Assembly: GCF_009914755.1 (NCBI RefSeq)
Contig: NC_060939.1
Direction: 5' to 3' (one strand)
DNA length: 64,000 bases
Origin: the human T2T-CHM13v2.0 reference genome, Homo sapiens
Positions 59,555 to 64,000 of the stretch are shown here, in pieces. Position 1 is the stretch's first letter. The number at the start of each line of letters is the position of its first letter. A program made the translations under genes and the position numbers. A model generated the notes under the pieces. It was not told the DNA's origin. It worked only from the letters and a program-made list of their open reading frames with translations, and made no database searches.

Positions 59555-60330
59555 AGGCTGGCTTTTTAATACAGATATGTGCCGTCAAATCCTGGTTAAT
59601 TGCCCCCTAGGCATCGTGCCTGCAAATCTCAATACGACCACCAGAGGCGGCATTTGCCATATTTGATATAGGTAGAGTTTTCCAAAACTTGCCACCTGGT
59701 GGCTGCTATTGGAACCACAGGACCGATGCTTACAGGAGACACATCTGTTAGTATGACGCACAGGATAATGCTTAGGATAAATCATTCAATTTGCATAAGA
59801 GTGTGCCAACTTATTTAATGTTTGTAAATTCACAGTAGCCATAACAATTCTGAGTGGTGAGAAAACCACTTATGGAGGAGAAACAAAGAAAAAATACCAA
59901 TGGAAAGAAATTAAATAGGAGTATTTATGTGTTGGGGATAGATGGAAGGGGCTGTTCAGACAAGACAGATGACAAAAGGCAGAAATTTAGAAGGAAAAGA
60001 AAATGGGTCAGCTTAACGAGATTAGAGGAGTTTCTGATCCATGCATCAGACCCAGCTAATCCCGTCACTCCTAGGGGCCTCCCTCACTTTGCCACTTAAT
60101 TTAGTTCAACAAGCTTGTATTGAATACAGAAGTGTTTCTCAAGAGGTGGCCAGGCCTGAGCAATCCAAGAGTCTGTTCTTCATCAAGCCTCTCAGAGAGT
60201 TTGTCTCCTGACTTCTGTGACATGCTTTGGGTAGGAAAGATGTCTTTCTACCTCATGCATTTTAAAAACATTATTTTTAATTGTAGTAAAATATACAGAA
60301 CATAAAAGGTACCATTTTAGCCATTTTTAA

Positions 60331-60678
<348 letters not shown>

Positions 60679-60893
60679 CAGATCAGCAGCATTAAATACA
60701 TTTACATTATTGTACAGCTGCACCGCTATCCACCTTCAGAACTTTTCATCTTCCCAGACAGAAACTTTGAACTCATTAAACCTTAACTCCACACCCCCTT
60801 TCTCTGCAGCCCCTAGTAATGACCATTCTACTTTGTCTCTATGAATTTGACTCCCAGGTACATTGTATAATTGGAACCATACAGCATTTGTCA

Positions 60894-61104
60894 TTTTTTT
60901 TTAAGAGACATGGTCTCACTCTGTCGCCCAGGCTAGAGTACAGTGGCGTGATCATGGCTCACTGCAGCCTTGAACTCCTGGGCTCAAGAGATCCTTTCAC
61001 CACAGCCTCCCAAGTAGATAGGACTACAGGCACAGGCCACCACACCTGGATTTTTTTTTTTTTTTTCTTGTAGAGGCAGAGTCTTGCTATGTTGCTCAGG
61101 CTGG
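60894..61104 (-). mobile_element. 5'-truncated AluJ
   Basis: 'gatcatggctcactgcagccttgaactcctgggctcaag'. Confidence 0.88.
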
Positions 61105-61999
61105 AGTATTTATCTTTTTGTGACTGGCTTATTTCACTTAGCGTATTGTCCTCAAAGTTCATCCATGTTGTGGCATGTGACAGAATTTTCTTCCTTTTCC
61201 AGGCTGAATAATATTCCATTGTATGGCTAGACCACATTCTGTTTACACATTCATCTGTTGGTAGACACGTGGGTTGCTTCTACCTTTTGGCCCCTGTGAG
61301 TATGGCGGCTACAAACATTGCTGTGCAAATATCTCTTTGAGACCCAGCTTTCATCTCTTTTGGGTATATACCCAGGAGTAGAATTGTTGAACCACATGGT
61401 AATTCTATTTTTAATTTTTGAGGAACTGCCACACTGTTTTCCAAGGCTACCTTATGCCTCCTTGTGAGGAAATGCCACCCCCACTTAAGCCAAACACAAA
61501 GTCCTCCAAGGAATAAGAGGCAGAGCATTCCCGAGGTGGAATTCCATCTCCAGCTGGAAAGGAAGGGCTTGTATTTTCCAGTTGTACCTTTTGCTTCTCC
61601 CCCTCATAGCCCCCACCCTGAACACAAGTAGAACCCATATATTTAAGCCAAATTTTAAATACTCCAAGGCTGGAGTGAATAGCCTCCGTTTCCTAGTGGG
61701 ATTGGAGGAGGCTGAGGCCAGATAGTGAGTTGGGGGGCCACTGTTCTCCGTCCACGGGAAGCCTAGTCCTCTTGACCCTGGAGGAACCTGGGATCCAATT
61801 GAAGACTGATCAGATATGGAAGGAGAATACAAGCCAAGAGGTAATGGAAAGACACAAAACCAGTCTCTCCTTCTAAACATTTGGCCTTGCCTCACTGCAG
61901 ACAGGACAGCTAGCTCCTCTCAGAGCAAAAAGGACAATGGAACCCAGTCCTGCCATTACTTTATGCCACCTGCAGGGGACAGCCTGGCACAGAGGAAAG

Positions 62000-62220
62000 T
62001 GCAGCTTTGGAATCAGAGAGAGCTGGGTTTAAATCCTTCCTCTGCTACTTACTGGTCCTGTGATCTCAAGTGTTCCTCCACTTCGAGACCCATTTCATAG
62101 TCCTCAAGGCCAGTGATGATCATGTCGAGTTCTTCACTTTGTTGTAAAGAAAGGTGACATGACATAGCAGATGGACAGCGTCAAGCACAGTGCTGAGAAC
62201 ATAGGTATTCCATGGACATT
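62000..62220 (+). mobile_element. MIR
   Basis: 'gctttggaatcagagagagctgggtttaaatcct...ctctgctacttact'. Confidence 0.7.
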
Positions 62221-62699
62221 CCCTTTCTTCCTTCCTCTCCAATCCTTCCTCAGTTATTGACTTAGATCATCTTCTCCAAGTTTTCTTCTCTCCAGGCTGC
62301 CAGGTGCAGATTTGGGCACTGATCTTAGCAACAGTGGCTCCACTTTTGATTATTTCATGTCGGTTTCTGGGTCCCCATGTATAGCTCAGACTCATCCTTC
62401 TCACTCCTCCCTATCCAAAGTGTGACTGGGGATGGGGGGCTGAAACCACCCCACCCCTCCCAGAGCCAATTCCAAGGCCAGGCAAGCCAAGTGCTCTCTA
62501 CTCTACTCTTTCTTCTGGGTGCAGACCCTGTGAGGGGAGTTTTGGTTTTGCCAGCCACGACCAGGCCAGCCCCTCCCTTGTCTGGCTTTTGTTAGATTGT
62601 GTTACAACCTTACTGTTACTTAACTGTAGAGGACTTGGGGATGTGCGTGCTGTGTGTGTGAGAGAGAGAGTCTGTGTGTTAATAGTAACTTGTGATAGA

Positions 62700-63430
62700 T
62701 GCCTTTGGCGCCCACACATTCAATAACACCCACACTCACAAAAAAAGAAGTGGGGAGGGGAGTCGTTTTATGGGAGATAACATAACTGCTTGCAATTTGG
62801 CTATTCATTGTATCTTTGGCATTTTATGTACTGCATTAGCGGAGGCAATTTCATGCATATGGATATAATGCATTAAGTGGAGGCATTTAAATATAGTGAA
62901 ACTAATTTTATGATGATTAGTTGAAGGAAAACATTGCATTCGTATCATCTATATAGAAGCCAATTTGCATGAAAATGCCCAAAGTTGCTATGCCAACATT
63001 TTCTGTGCTGCTGGTCGGGGTCGCCTCCGAGTCAAGACTTTGTATTAAAAATCGGTCTCCAGTGCCCATGTCTTTTAATTCATTGCAAGCTGTAGGCCAT
63101 TTGCTCACAAAGCGCTCGCAGTAAAACAAATGAATAGCTAAAATACTCATTTGCATGATTCCCATTTGAAAACGATTCCCCTGAAATTAAAAAAGCGTGT
63201 TACTCGGTTGTGAAGATGGATGGGCCAGTGAGGCGGGCAATTAATATTTTCAGCGTTCTCTTTAAAGCCCTCCCAAGACTGAGAACAGCACATGCTAGAC
63301 AAATTGGGCCCCACAACAGTTTCAGGGCCTCAGCGGCAGCAGCTTGCTTCCACTGTCTCTCCTTTATTGTCTCACTTACATTATGCAGTAATTAAAACTA
63401 TTTACCATTCCTACTTATCTGCCATCTGCC
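62700..63430. promoter_or_regulatory. Candidate conserved developmental enhancer
   Basis: Repeat-free AT-rich block with retained CpGs, two octamers ATTTGCAT (62963, 63149), many TAAT/ATTA and SOX-like sites. Confidence 0.5.
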
Positions 63431-63789
63431 ACCACGGAAGGTTCCTCTTCTTTAGAAAGCCTTCTTAAAGAGCGGCAAGAACAGGAGAAGAGTTGGCACT
63501 GACTCTGGAAGGGGCCTCGGGGGTCTTTTCCTGCCCCTGCCATGCCCACCCATCCCTCCATGAAGCGAAGGTGTCAGGAGGTCATGGTATGTGAAGCTGA
63601 GTTTCTGAGTGAGCTGGTTGTATGTGGGGTGGGGGTGTTAGAGCACAGCTTCCTCCACCTTTGGGAAGGAATCTCAACTTAGATCTGGGGTTATCTTTAT
63701 GTCAAGGGAGAGCCTAGGCCTGGATCCTCCCACAGGTGACAGCTGAAAGGGGTCTGGGAGCTTTGGCCATGCAGCTGGCCATCAAAGCC

Positions 63790-63965
63790 ACCAATTACAG
63801 TTGTACAGGTTGTTCACTGCACAAGCATAGCCAACCCAGGGCACTGTGAAGGCTGAAGTCTATCCTGTGATCTGTTCATCCATCTGAGGTCCTTGTGGCG
63901 TATGTCTGCCCCAAGGGGCCACCTTCAAATGCACACAGAAGGCATTCTATGACCTAGCTGGAGCC
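63790..63965. mobile_element. MER91-like hAT MITE
   Basis: 'cagttgtacaggttgttcactgcacaag' terminal motif. Confidence 0.55.
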
Positions 63966-64000
63966 TTGTTTGAGGGAAGCCATTTTGAAAGCAAACAAGT

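Noticed and set aside
59637-59653. CTCF-like CCACCAGAGGCGGC
   Set aside because: Mismatches at the highly constrained GGC positions of the core

Overview
Primate (very likely human) non-coding genomic DNA, probably intergenic or deep intronic; the locus could not be identified. I found no credible protein-coding exon, RNA gene, CRISPR array or canonical CpG-island promoter, and the ORF track consists of Alu-, microsatellite- or GC-content-driven ORFs. The window holds about 29 Alu/FLAM/FRAM pieces (mostly minus strand), old L1M, L2, MIR and CR1 fragments, hAT/Tigger MITEs (MER53, MER82, MER96B, MER91) and several LTRs. Main items: (1) a complete 8.2-kb LTR8/HUERS-P1-type ERV1 provirus (43637-51802, minus strand) with a CTGA target-site duplication, tRNA-Pro PBS, PPT, a decayed gag matrix remnant and hairpin-forming leader repeats; (2) a MER41B LTR with both STAT1 GAS motifs intact, next to an ETS-motif array; (3) an apparent DNA-repair or template-switch scar at 12005-12114, built from an inverted near-identical copy of a FLAM 2.3 kb away plus inverted snippets of its own flank; (4) two candidate CTCF sites, one inside a CpG-enriched L2; (5) several repeat-free, motif-dense blocks resembling developmental enhancers. 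I do not see evidence for a new multi-gene system. Repeat family names come from remembered consensus sequences, not from a database search, and boundaries of old repeats are approximate.
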